In this document: positions 7,077 to 16,361 of the stretch, in pieces
Numbering within the stretch: the stretch's first letter is position 1
Layout of the letters: each line of letters begins with the position of its first letter
Assembly: GCF_000012465.1 (NCBI RefSeq)
Contig: NC_007335.2
Span: 1,590,001-1,622,000, forward strand
DNA: 32,000 nucleotides
Direction: 5' to 3'
Origin: Prochlorococcus marinus str. NATL2A
Lineage (GTDB): Bacteria; Cyanobacteriota; Cyanobacteriia; PCC-6307; Cyanobiaceae
Notes under the pieces: generated by a model
Databases searched by the model: none
Told to the model about the DNA's origin: nothing
The model's input: only the letters and a program-made list of their open reading frames with translations
Program-made: the position numbers and the translations under genes

Positions 7077-7103
7077 AGAGTAGTTCCCGTCTACTCTTTT
7101 TTA
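7077..7103 (+). terminator. Rho-independent terminator (AGAGTAG, loop TTCCCGT, CTACTCT, then TTTTTATT)
   Basis: Perfect 7-bp stem followed by a T-run on the + strand. It overlaps the last codons of the convergent minus-strand ORF. Confidence 0.6.
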
Positions 7104-7624
7104 TTGTCTTCTTCGCCATCTTTAAGCATATTGATTACTCTGTCCCACCATGCCTTGACTTCTTCAGTACCCTTTCTTGCTGCTTCTGTTTCTGGACACA
7201 TTGCTCTCCACCTCTGAAACACACTTCCATTTTTGCTGAAAAAGTTTGGTTTGCCGCTGCTAGTGAATGCACTTAAATTTCGTTCCCACTTTTCCTCTGG
7301 TGGAGATGGAGGAGGAGAAAAATATTCTCTGCTTCTATTAGTAAAAATATTTGTCTTGCAGTTGGAATAGTTCCAACTTGTAGTACCACCAGTACCAATT
7401 GGTGAATCAAATACTGGTGCTCGCTGCTCTAACCCACCTTCACGAGTCCACATGTATGGAGTACGTTTCACTTTGATTTTTCTCCAACCATCACCTATCT
7501 CAACCATGTTTGTTAGTTGTTCAACTTTCTTGTGACATCCAGCACCACAACTAAACTTTTCAATCACGTTGGTTTGAAGAACAATTTCTGATTGAAGTGC
7601 AGCGGCAAATAGTAGTGGAATCAA
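7091..7624 (-). CDS. Hypothetical protein, 177 aa, with a short hydrophobic N-terminus and 4 Cys; third gene of an orphan operon
   Basis: The TTG start overlaps the upstream stop (TTGA), which suggests translational coupling. The first in-frame ATG is 39 codons downstream, so the start is uncertain. No family recognised. Confidence 0.5.
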   Translation of the reverse strand: MIPLLFAAALQSEIVLQTNVIEKFSCGAGCHKKVEQLTNMVEIGDGWRKIKVKRTPYMWTREGGLEQRAPVFDSPIGTGGTTSWNYSNCKTNIFTNRSREYFSPPPSPPEEKWERNLSAFTSSGKPNFFSKNGSVFQRWRAMCPETEAARKGTEEVKAWWDRVINMLKDGEEDNKKE

Positions 7625-8115
7625 TTGAACCCCCTCAACTTGGTTTCATCAATTACTGCTGGATGCAAAATCAATGAGTGAGGTTCACCAATATTGGATC
7701 TATTAGAAAAAGACTTAGGTCTTATCCCTTCAACCCATCCGCTCTTATGACACCAATGAATTGGAAAATTATCTCCACGCTTGTGACCCTCTGGCATTTT
7801 TAGACTGCTGAACTTGCACCAAAAACCTTTGCCACGTTTAAGTTCAACCACGTCAGATGAATGGCGTCTTCCAGCGAATCCAAGAGAACCAAGTGATGGG
7901 TATGCAACAGGACAGCATGGTGGTTCACCTTTGATTTGACGGCAGCGGCAAGGATAGAAAATTCCATTCTTGTTACCAATAAAAACCACGTTCCCTGTAT
8001 GAGTTACTTGTGAATACATCTCTACGTTGCCGTTATCAATATCACTGTCATCCATGACATATGCAGCGAAAACTCCAGCGAAGAGAACAGGAGCAAGGAA
8101 GATATTCATAAACAT
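7621..8115 (-). CDS. Hypothetical exported or membrane-anchored Cys-rich protein, 164 aa; second gene of an orphan operon
   Basis: ATG start 1 nt after the upstream stop. The N-terminal hydrophobic stretch is MFMNIFLAPVLFAGVFAAYV. There are six Cys, including CRC and CC pairs. No family recognised. Confidence 0.55.
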   Translation of the reverse strand: MFMNIFLAPVLFAGVFAAYVMDDSDIDNGNVEMYSQVTHTGNVVFIGNKNGIFYPCRCRQIKGEPPCCPVAYPSLGSLGFAGRRHSSDVVELKRGKGFWCKFSSLKMPEGHKRGDNFPIHWCHKSGWVEGIRPKSFSNRSNIGEPHSLILHPAVIDETKLRGFN

Positions 8116-8116
8116 C

Positions 8117-8326
8117 TCAGGGGTTCACAACGTCCAACATGCGTCCTGAATCGTCAGTCATCTTATGCCTGAGATTTGTTGATTTTGCTCTTCTGGTCAT
8201 TGTCCTAAAGGTATCTGCTTCGTTGGTTTTGGTGAGATACTTTTGCCAAATTCCATGTTGGTTTTGCCAGTAAATATGAAACTTCATCATTACTTTTGAC
8301 CAAGAATTGTTTATCAAATTAAGCAC
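8117..8326 (-). CDS. Small hypothetical protein (69 aa from GTG, or 57 aa from the ATG at 8290); first gene of an orphan operon
   Basis: The ORF lies immediately upstream of, and is coupled to, the 164-aa ORF. It is basic and hydrophilic. No family recognised. Confidence 0.4.
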   Translation of the reverse strand: MLNLINNSWSKVMMKFHIYWQNQHGIWQKYLTKTNEADTFRTMTRRAKSTNLRHKMTDDSGRMLDVVNP

Positions 8327-8371
8327 ATAAATTTGAGTCCTAAAGTGTTAGGTCCCCGTTACAGGACCAAC

Positions 8372-8462
8372 CTCCCAACAACACATTTCCTGAGATCCTT
8401 TGCAGCAACTGAATTTTCTCCCAACAACAAAATGACTTCTCCCAACAACATTCCCAACAACA
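8372..8462 (+). repeat. Four same-orientation copies of (C/T)TCCCAACAACA, at 8372-8383, 8418-8429, 8439-8450 and 8451-8462
   Basis: Read directly. The context is non-coding, about 115-205 bp from the tRNA-Ser 3' end on the island side. Confidence 0.85.
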
Positions 8463-8576
8463 CACGCTTGACTTAGTATGAACCCACCTGACTCCAATTG
8501 ACCCGCTCTATTCAGTCATATCAGTAGTTTTGGGGGATTATGAACCTTTCTGAATCCGTCTGAATCTAATGAAAAA

Positions 8577-8665
8577 CGGAGAGGGAGGGATTCGAACCCT
8601 CGACAGAAGTTGCCTCCTGTAACTCCTTAGCAGGGAGCCGCTTTCAACCACTCAGCCACCTCTCC
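8577..8665 (-). tRNA. tRNA-Ser, anticodon GCU (type II tRNA with a long variable arm)
   Basis: Hand-folded. Acceptor stem GGAGAGG/CCTCTCC, anticodon stem GCTCC/GGAGT with loop CTGCTAA, long variable arm, T-arm GAGGG-TTCGAAT-CCCTC, discriminator G. CCA is not encoded. Confidence 0.9.
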
Positions 8666-8725
8666 ATTCCCCATACCTTATCAAGTCAAAGCTCAAATAA
8701 TTTGTATTGTGATCCTCTACAAATT

Positions 8726-9925
8726 TTAAGTGACAACTCTAGGAAGTCGATTTCGGAAACTGCAAAGAACTTCCCATGGAATTGATCCAGACAAATCACA
8801 CCAATCTTGAGGAGAGATGCAAACCTCACCATCAGTTCCAAGAAGAGTTAAAACCTGACCTGTTTTTATATCTGGTTTATCAGTTATGTCAAAAACCATT
8901 TGATCCATTGCAATTGCACCTACTTGAGGAACTAACACTCCATCTATTGAGGCTGATATTTTTCCAGAAAGGCTTCTGCTTACCCCATCTGCATAGCCAA
9001 TAGCAACGACAGCAAGCTTGCTTGCCCTTTGAGTTTTAAAAAAATGTCCGTACCCCACTCCAATTCCTTTCCCAACATCCCTAACCAAAGTAACTCGAGC
9101 CTTAACTTTCAACGCTGGGCTAAGTTTCAAATCAGACTTAAAATCATTTACAGGGAAATAACCATACAAACTTAGTCCCACCCGAACCATATCAAAATGA
9201 AGTCGACTATCTGAAAGTGTTCCCGCAGAATTTGCTAGGTGTCTGCATATAAACTTGTTTCTTTTGCCCAAACCCTTTAAGACCTTCTCAAATCTATTTA
9301 ACTGAATCTGCGTGAAACTTAGTTGAGTATTATTTTCTAGATATCTATCAGCAATTGCCAAATGACTATATATACCTTCTAAGGCTATATTTTCAAGACA
9401 ATCAATCTTATTAATTAATTCTTTAAATTGATTGCAGTTACAGCCAAGTCTCGTCATACCTGTGTCTATTTTTAAGTGAATAGCAAATTTTTTATTCTTA
9501 TTTTCTGCGATATTATTGCAAATTATTGCCTCACGAATTCCACTAATCGTAGGAATAAGATCCCAGCAAAAGGAAGAATAAAGTTCTTCTGAATTAATTA
9601 GATTTCCAAGAATTAATATCTGACACTTCAAGCCAGCATTCCTTAATTGAATACCCTCTTCTAAAGTTGCTACTCCAAGACTGTCTGCACCTCCAGTTAA
9701 CGCAGATTTAGCAACAGTCTCTGCACCATGTCCGTATCCATCAGCTTTCACAACTGCCATCAATGAACAATCATCGCCAATAAAGTTTTTCAAGACTCTT
9801 GCATTATTTTCGATAATTTTCGAATCAACCTCAACCCATGCACGACTGCGAGGATCAGGGGTAATTACATTTTCAGTTAACCCACCAAAAGTGAAAGATC
9901 TTTCAGTTCTATTGATTTTTGACAT
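8726..9925 (-). CDS. alr: Alanine racemase
   Basis: The PLP-lysine motif VVKADGYGHGA and overall length fit Alr. The ORF is open up to 10009, but ATGs at 9934 or 9925 are more plausible starts. Confidence 0.85.
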   Translation of the reverse strand: MSKINRTERSFTFGGLTENVITPDPRSRAWVEVDSKIIENNARVLKNFIGDDCSLMAVVKADGYGHGAETVAKSALTGGADSLGVATLEEGIQLRNAGLKCQILILGNLINSEELYSSFCWDLIPTISGIREAIICNNIAENKNKKFAIHLKIDTGMTRLGCNCNQFKELINKIDCLENIALEGIYSHLAIADRYLENNTQLSFTQIQLNRFEKVLKGLGKRNKFICRHLANSAGTLSDSRLHFDMVRVGLSLYGYFPVNDFKSDLKLSPALKVKARVTLVRDVGKGIGVGYGHFFKTQRASKLAVVAIGYADGVSRSLSGKISASIDGVLVPQVGAIAMDQMVFDITDKPDIKTGQVLTLLGTDGEVCISPQDWCDLSGSIPWEVLCSFRNRLPRVVT

Positions 9926-10007
9926 ACTCTGCATCCAATCAATGTAATAAGGGAAACTGCAACAAGGAGTCAATACCACTAGCATGCCGCTTAAATAGCT
10001 TGCTTGC

Positions 10008-10514
10008 ATGGGTCAAGTTCTTGTTTTGAATGCTTCCTATGAGCCATTGAACATCACTTCATGGCGACGCGCGACTGTTTTAATGCTCAAAGGCAAGGCT
10101 GAAAGTCTTGAAGAAGATGCTACACACAATATTAGGCAAGATGTCAAAGCTCCTACAGTAATAAGATTAAGGCAATTTATTAGAGTTCCATATCGAGATA
10201 TTCCTCTATCTAGAAAAAATATATTTCAAAGAGATAATAACTCTTGTCAATATTGTGGTCAGAAAAATAAAAAACTTTCAATTGATCATGTTTTCCCTCG
10301 TAGTAGAGGAGGAACAGATAATTGGGAAAATGTGATTACTGCATGTCTGCAGTGCAACGTCATGAAAGGTAATAGAACCCCTGAAGAGGCAAAGATGCCT
10401 TTAAGAACCAAACCCTATAAACCTTTAAATAACATGAGTTTTGAAACAACAAAACAAATTCATTCTGGTCGTCATAAAGAATGGAGTAAATACGTAATTG
10501 GATGGGTAGCTTAG
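10008..10514 (+). CDS. HNH endonuclease-family protein (conserved cyanobacterial type)
   Basis: Motif CQYCG...HVFPRSRGGTDNWENVITACLQCNVMKGN (an HNH/ββα-metal fold with CxxC pairs). Confidence 0.8.
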   Translation: MGQVLVLNASYEPLNITSWRRATVLMLKGKAESLEEDATHNIRQDVKAPTVIRLRQFIRVPYRDIPLSRKNIFQRDNNSCQYCGQKNKKLSIDHVFPRSRGGTDNWENVITACLQCNVMKGNRTPEEAKMPLRTKPYKPLNNMSFETTKQIHSGRHKEWSKYVIGWVA

Positions 10515-10517
10515 CTT

Positions 10518-11615
10518 TTAATCTTCAGATTGATTACTAAGCTCTTCCATTTGCCTTTTTTGTTCTTCTGCAATACATGCACCTATGACATCTTCCAATT
10601 GACCTGAAAGAACTTGTTCAAGGGGGAAATTAACTCCTAATCGATGATCAGTTGTTCGATTATCTTTGTAGTTATATGTCCTAATCTTTTCACTTCTATC
10701 ACCTGTGCCAACCTGAGACAATCGAGCAGATCTTTCCTTTGCATTAGCCTCTGCTAGTTCTAGTTCTAATAATTTAGCTCTTAAAATCTCCATTGCTCTT
10801 TCTCTATTTTGCATTTGAGAACGTTCTTGCGTACAAAAAACTCTTATACCTGAGGGCTTGTGAAATAAATCAATAGCGGTTTCTACTTTATTTACATTTT
10901 GCCCGCCAGCACCACCTGATCTTGCCGTACTAATTTCTAGATCGGTAGATTCTATTTTCACCTCTACTGGATCAGCTTCTGGCATTACAGCAACAGTTGC
11001 AGTAGAGGTATGAACTCGTCCTTGAGATTCAGTTGAAGGGACTCTTTGAACTCTATGAACACCTGCTTCAAATTTTAATTGGCTGTAAACAGACTCCCCT
11101 TTGACAGAGATAATCATTTCACGAAAACCGCCCATATCAGCTTCTGTTGAACTTATAGGTTTTACATTCCATCCAAGTTTTTGACCATATCTTTCATACA
11201 TTCTTGCTAAATCACCAGCCCATAAACAAGCTTCATTCCCTCCTGCTCCAGCTCTGATTTCAAGCATCACACTTCTTTCATCTCTTGGATCTTTGGGTAA
11301 AAGAGCCAAAGTCAACTTTTGAATTAATTCATTTTTTGAGAGTTCGAGATTTTGAAGTTCTTCTCTAGCTAAAAGTTCCATCTCTTTATCATCTCTGCTT
11401 TCTTTTACTAATCCTTTAGCTTCTAGACACTCTTTTTCTATTATCTGGAGCTTTAAATAATCATTAACCAAAGGCTCTAAACGGGATCTTTCTCTAGCAA
11501 TTGTCTCTAATTGTTTTGGATCTGATGCAACATCTGGATCAGCTAATTGCAACTCCAAGTTTTGAAAACTACTTTTAGCTGTTTCTAATCGTTTAATTAG
11601 GGTTGAAGAATCCAT
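10518..11615 (-). CDS. prfA: Peptide chain release factor 1
   Basis: GGQ motif ([11 protein letters not shown]) and the RF1-type P-x-T motif (PSTES). 365 aa. Confidence 0.95.
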
Positions 11616-11650
11616 TCTTTTTATTCCCTAAATCTTTAGATCAACAGCTG

Positions 11651-11911
11651 TCAACTTTCTTTTTTTTCTTCTGAAGATTTATCTTTTTGTTCACTCGAGT
11701 CCGATGAGGCCATACCATATTTTCTCATGAATCTATCTACTCTTCCTTCCGTATCTAAAATCTTTTGAGTCCCGGTGAAGAAAGGATGATTTCCACTCCA
11801 AACATCAACCTGTATTTCAGGCTGAGTAGCACCTGTTGTCATGACAACTTCTCCATTACAAATTACTTTTGCTTCTGGATACCAAGTTGGATGTATATCT
11901 GATTTAGGCAT
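11651..11911 (-). CDS. rpmE: 50S ribosomal protein L31, a Cys-poor form with an acidic/Ser-rich C-terminal tail
   Basis: MPKSDIHP...NHPFFTG signature. It has only one Cys, so there is no CxxC zinc site. Confidence 0.9.
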   Translation of the reverse strand: MPKSDIHPTWYPEAKVICNGEVVMTTGATQPEIQVDVWSGNHPFFTGTQKILDTEGRVDRFMRKYGMASSDSSEQKDKSSEEKKES

Positions 11912-11947
11912 GATAAAAAAGTGAAAACTTTAAGGTGAAAAGTAAAA

Positions 11948-12355
11948 TTATCTCTTTGAGAATTGAGGAGCTTTACGAGCTTTTTTCAGACCATATTTAC
12001 GCCTTTCTTTTGCTCTAGGGTCACGACTAAGGTGCCCCTCTAATTTTAGAGGTTTACGATTATCAAGAGATAAAGTACATAAAGCTCTAGCAGCTCCCTG
12101 TTTAATGGCGTCAGACTGGCCAGTCAACCCTCCACCATAGACATTAACTAAAACATCATATGATTCACTCAATCCTAAAGTTTTCAAAGGAGCTTTAACA
12201 GCAGATATATAAGCAGGATTAAAATTCAAGTAGTGGTCACCAGGACGACCATTGATGATTATTTCACCTTTCCCAGGAGTTAATCTAACTCTGGCTACAG
12301 ATGTCTTACGTCTACCAGTTCCCCAGTAAACTACTTTATTTGTGGAACTAGTCAT
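11948..12355 (-). CDS. rpsI: 30S ribosomal protein S9
   Basis: Typical S9 sequence ending in ...[12 protein letters not shown]. It overlaps the rplM stop by 4 nt. Confidence 0.95.
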
Positions 12356-12804
12356 TTTGTAACAGATTCAGAATTTAGAGAAAGAATTTTAGGCTCTTGG
12401 GCTGAATGAGGATGATCAGAGCCTTTATAAACTTTGAGTTTCGTAAATAATTGCCTTCCTAACCTTGTGTGAGGCAGCATTCCTTTAATTGCCTTTTCAA
12501 CTATTCTCTCAGGGATTCTGGATTGAAGAGCCTTAAAGGTTTCAACTTTCATGCCGCCTGGACGTCCAGAATGTCTGCGGTAAAGCTTTTGATCTGATTT
12601 TTTGCCGGTTACTTTGATCTTTTCTGCATTTACGACAATAACAAAATCTCCAGTATCCAAGTGAGGAGTGAAATTTGGCTTTGTCTTACCCCTTAGGACG
12701 CTAGCAACTTCAGTTGCTAGTCGACCAAGAGTCTGATTCTCTGCATCCACGAGAAACCACTGGCGATCTATTGAGTCCGGCGATGGAACTGATGTCTTGT
12801 TCAT
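12352..12804 (-). CDS. rplM: 50S ribosomal protein L13
   Basis: L13 signature ([16 protein letters not shown]...); conserved rplM-rpsI pair. Confidence 0.95.
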
Positions 12805-13007
12805 TTTTCCTGAACACCTTTAACACTGAATAAGCATTATCGTTTTGATAATACTGTTTAAGGAAGTTATCAAGTCAAAAAATTGATCTGATTCTTCAGA
12901 AAAATAATTCTACACTTTCAAGGCTTAAAACTGGCCTTTTTGTTCGGATGAAATTTAAATTACTGATTTAACAAAATTCATATATTTTTAATTTATTAAT
13001 CTTTTAA

Positions 13008-13838
13008 TTAGCTTGTGTATTTCGTAGGTTCAAATTTTGGAAGATAAAAACTTGGAAAAGTGTCAAAACTTTTCTCTTTTGAAAAGATTTTTTCCTCATA
13101 ACCAACTCTTATCAAACACAGTCCATGAGCAGGAGCAGCCTCTTTCACCTCAGAGCGCAATCCCTTTCTCCATCTATATCTAAATTTTTCAAGAGAAAGT
13201 CGTTTTTCTCCAACAGCAACTAATTGACCCATCAAAAGCCTGACCATCCCGTACAAAAAGCCACTGGCCTGAATTTCAACTGTAACTATGTCTCCATAAC
13301 GAGAAATAGAAACATCTTGCACTGTGGTCAATGAATTACTTCTATTACTTCCTGCTTTTTGAAACGCTGCAAAATCATGTAAACCTAATAAATCATTCAG
13401 AGCATGCTTCATTAAATTGATGTCCAACATAAATCTATATTTATGCCAACTTATATTTTGAAGAAAAAGATTTGGATAGGAACCATTAAAAATAGAATAT
13501 CTATACCTTCGATATTTTGCCGAATAGCAAGCATGCCAAACTTTGGGAACACCTACTGCTTCAAGAACTTTAATTGATGCTGGAAGTCTGCCATTTAAGG
13601 CTGATGCCCATTTATGAATAGGAATTGGGCCAGAGCAATCAAAATGAACAACTTGTCCTGAAGCATGAACTCCTGAATCAGTTCTGCCTGCTGCAATTGC
13701 CTTGACTGGTCTGATTGGATCAAGTTCTGCAATTTTTTCTTCTAAAGTTCCTTGAACAGTTATTGAATCTTTTTGATTTTGCCAGCCTCTAAAACCTGAT
13801 CCATCGTATTGAATGACAAGAGCAATTCTATTAGTCAA
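13008..13838 (-). CDS. truA: tRNA pseudouridine synthase A
   Basis: Catalytic-Asp motif [11 protein letters not shown]. Its position between rplQ and rplM is typical of cyanobacteria. Confidence 0.9.
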   Translation of the reverse strand: MTNRIALVIQYDGSGFRGWQNQKDSITVQGTLEEKIAELDPIRPVKAIAAGRTDSGVHASGQVVHFDCSGPIPIHKWASALNGRLPASIKVLEAVGVPKVWHACYSAKYRRYRYSIFNGSYPNLFLQNISWHKYRFMLDINLMKHALNDLLGLHDFAAFQKAGSNRSNSLTTVQDVSISRYGDIVTVEIQASGFLYGMVRLLMGQLVAVGEKRLSLEKFRYRWRKGLRSEVKEAAPAHGLCLIRVGYEEKIFSKEKSFDTFPSFYLPKFEPTKYTS

Positions 13839-13887
13839 ATTGAACTAATAAGTAAAAATATTGATTTGTTTTTGAAAAATTAATATC

Positions 13888-14238
13888 CTATACAAGTTCA
13901 ACAATGGCCATTTCAGAATTATCCCCGCGTCTTGGGGTCGTTCTCACGATTCTTGTATAACCACCTTCTCTATCGCCGTATCGCTCTTGGGCCTTTTCAA
14001 AAAGTGCATGAACTAATTGCTTATCATATACATATCCAATAGCTCTTCTCCTTGAAGCAAGACTGCCATCCTTAGCCAAGGTAATCATCCTCTCAGTTTC
14101 ATTTCTCAAAGCTTTAGCTCTTGCTTTCGTTGTTGTAACTCTACCTTCGCGAATTAGTTGAGTAGTTAATCCTCTTAAAAGTGCCTTCCTTTGATCTGCA
14201 GGTAGACTCAATTGTGGAATTCGACGTTGATGACGCAT
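13888..14238 (-). CDS. rplQ: 50S ribosomal protein L17
   Basis: L17 family sequence directly downstream of rpoA. Confidence 0.95.
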
Positions 14239-14277
14239 TGGATTAGCTTTGAAATTTAGTAGTAATAAAACTGAAAG

Positions 14278-15216
14278 TCATGCAGAAGTTCTACTTTGTG
14301 GAATAGAAATTCCAATTCTCTCAAGAGCTTCAATAACTTCGTCAGCGGATTTAGAACCGAAGTTCTTAATTTCCAATAAATCCTCATAACTGAAACCCAT
14401 CAAGTCTGAAACAGAGTTCACTTGGGCTCGTTTTAGGCAATTATAAGCTCTTACAGATAAGTTTAACTCCTCGAGGGGGATTTGGGCCTCTGCTGCAGGC
14501 TCTGGCTCTTCAGGAATCTCTTCTACCATTGAAACAGTAGCAAGAGGTTGAAAAAGTTCGATTAATTGATTAGCAGCTTCCGCTAATGCATCGTCTGGGG
14601 AGGTGGATCCATCGGTGACCAACTCCATTTTTAATCTTTCTCTGGTTGATCCTCCCTCAGCTACAGCAGTTTCATCAATAGTAAAATTAACTCTATTTAT
14701 AGGCATAAATACAGCATCTATCTGAAGCAAATCAATTGCGCTTGTCTCCTCATTTTTTCTATCAACTGGTCGATATCCAACACCTCTTTCTACATGTATT
14801 TCTAGTTCTAGGTTATGCCCCTCCTGAACTGTTGCTATTGGACGATCACCATCAACAACTTCAACTTGAGATGAGAACTGAATATCCTTTGCTTTAACAT
14901 CAGCTGGGCCTGTTACAACAAGTCTTCCTATCTCAAGCTCTTGACTACGACTGTCAACTGAAATTTGTTTACAATTTAGAAGGATGTCTAGCACGTCTTC
15001 TCTTACACCAGGAATTGTTGCATATTCATGATTAACTCCTGCAATCCTGACAGCTGTAACTGCGCTGCCTTCGAGTCCGCCCATCAACACTCTGCGTAAA
15101 GAATTACCCAAAGTTGTTGCTTGACCTCTCTCAAGAGGTCCGATTAGGAAGACACCTGTTTGGGAACGATCATTAGAAACTTGATGATCGATCCTGTCTA
15201 TCTGGTATTGCAACAC
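14278..15216 (-). CDS. rpoA: DNA-directed RNA polymerase alpha subunit
   Basis: 312 aa with typical alpha N- and C-terminal domains ([12 protein letters not shown]...). Confidence 0.95.
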   Translation of the reverse strand: MLQYQIDRIDHQVSNDRSQTGVFLIGPLERGQATTLGNSLRRVLMGGLEGSAVTAVRIAGVNHEYATIPGVREDVLDILLNCKQISVDSRSQELEIGRLVVTGPADVKAKDIQFSSQVEVVDGDRPIATVQEGHNLELEIHVERGVGYRPVDRKNEETSAIDLLQIDAVFMPINRVNFTIDETAVAEGGSTRERLKMELVTDGSTSPDDALAEAANQLIELFQPLATVSMVEEIPEEPEPAAEAQIPLEELNLSVRAYNCLKRAQVNSVSDLMGFSYEDLLEIKNFGSKSADEVIEALERIGISIPQSRTSA

Positions 15217-15266
15217 GGTCTAATGCGATGTGGAAAAAAAGAAAAGTTCACTTAAGTGAATAGATT

Positions 15267-15659
15267 TTAAACGCGTCTGCGTTTAGGTCTCCTGCAACCG
15301 TTATGAGGAAGAGGAGTTACATCTCTGATCAAAGTAATTTCAAGACCAGCTACTTGCAACGCTCTTATTGCGGTTTCACGACCTGAGCCTGGTCCTCTTA
15401 CAAGAACTTCTATTTGACGCATTCCTTGCTCTAGGGCCCTTCGGGCCGCAAGTTCAGCCGCGGTCTGAGCAGCAAAAGGAGTACCTTTTCGAGCTCCTTT
15501 AAAACCGCTTGCTCCTGCTGATGACCAGGAAATGACTTCACCAGAGGTGTCGGTAATAGAAACAATGGTGTTGTTGAAGGTACTTTGAATATGCACAACT
15601 CCATTGGGAACGTTGCGCTTTGACTTCTTAGAACCGGATTTCTTTGAGGTTGTAGCCAT
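15267..15659 (-). CDS. rpsK: 30S ribosomal protein S11
   Basis: S11 family sequence in alpha-operon order. Confidence 0.95.
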   Translation of the reverse strand: MATTSKKSGSKKSKRNVPNGVVHIQSTFNNTIVSITDTSGEVISWSSAGASGFKGARKGTPFAAQTAAELAARRALEQGMRQIEVLVRGPGSGRETAIRALQVAGLEITLIRDVTPLPHNGCRRPKRRRV

Positions 15660-15722
15660 TAGGCTGTGCTTTATTTAAAAAGATTTTGTAAATTACCAGC
15701 TGGTAACAGGATTCTTAAGAAA

Positions 15723-16088
15723 TTATTTCTTTCTTCCTGCAACAGTTTTTCTTGCTCCTCTCCTTGTGCGAGCATTAGTTCTTGTTCGTTGTCCACGAAC
15801 AGGAAGGCTCATTCGATGCCTGCGTCCACGGACACATCCTATATCTTGAAGTCTTTTAAGCGCCATTCCTTCTTGGCGCCTCAAGTCTCCTTCAAGAGTG
15901 AATTCTTCAGTAACAGCTCTGAGCTTCTGAATATCACTATCCTCTAAATCCTTTACACGAATATCAGGATTAACACCTGATTTTTCAAGGATAGATTGGG
16001 CTCTGGTTAAACCAATGCCGTAAATGTAAGTAAGGGCAACTTCTACCCGCTTTTCGCGAGGTATATCGATGCCTGAAATCCGTGCCAC
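15723..16088 (-). CDS. rpsM: 30S ribosomal protein S13
   Basis: [14 protein letters not shown]... S13 signature. Confidence 0.95.
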   Translation of the reverse strand: MARISGIDIPREKRVEVALTYIYGIGLTRAQSILEKSGVNPDIRVKDLEDSDIQKLRAVTEEFTLEGDLRRQEGMALKRLQDIGCVRGRRHRMSLPVRGQRTRTNARTRRGARKTVAGRKK

Positions 16089-16186
16089 TTAGGGATAAAT
16101 CGAAGAGGACAATGAAAATCATCAAAATTAAATGATGACAGTTGTTGAAAAAGGCAAACGAAAAAAATTAAACGTTTAAGACTTCT

Positions 16187-16211
16187 TCAAAAGTCAGGAA
16201 TCAGCCCTGAC
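16187..16211 (-). terminator. Stem-loop (GTCAGG, 7-nt loop, CCTGAC) overlapping the rpmJ stop codon, followed by UUUU; probable spc-operon terminator or attenuator
   Basis: Perfect 6-bp inverted repeat at 16193-16211 with AAAA at 16189-16192 on the + strand. It lies in the 112-nt rpmJ-rpsM spacer. Confidence 0.45.
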
Positions 16212-16317
16212 GCTGCTTGTTACGAGGCCTTTTCTTGTTGATCACATAGATTCGGCCTCTACGCCTCACGATCTGATCGTCAGGACTAATTTTTTTGACT
16301 GAGGATCTAACCTTCAT
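16201..16317 (-). CDS. rpmJ: 50S ribosomal protein L36, cysteine-free (non-zinc) form
   Basis: Hand translation gives [38 protein letters not shown]. It is below the ORF-track cutoff and sits at the canonical position downstream of adk/secY. Confidence 0.9.
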
Positions 16318-16361
16318 TTGGTGAGACTCTCCTATTTCCAAAGTAAAATCTTACTACATCG

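Larger units (their letters stand above)
1..8576. mobile_element. Accessory genomic island (remnants of integrative elements) next to the 3' end of tRNA-Ser. Its left boundary lies beyond the window.
   Basis: Housekeeping gene content changes abruptly to orphan ORFs at the tRNA 3' end. Two extra partial tRNA 3'-end copies lie in the same orientation at 645-658 and 1523-1535. No integrase gene is seen in the window. Confidence 0.65.

Noticed and set aside
9926-10009. N-terminal extension of alr that overlaps the start of the divergent HNH gene
   Set aside because: The extension (MQASYLSGMLVVLTPCCSFPYYIDW...) is not Alr-like. It probably reflects the ORF caller taking the longest open frame. 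Internal ATGs at 9934 or 9925 give a normal-length Alr and leave a divergent promoter region.
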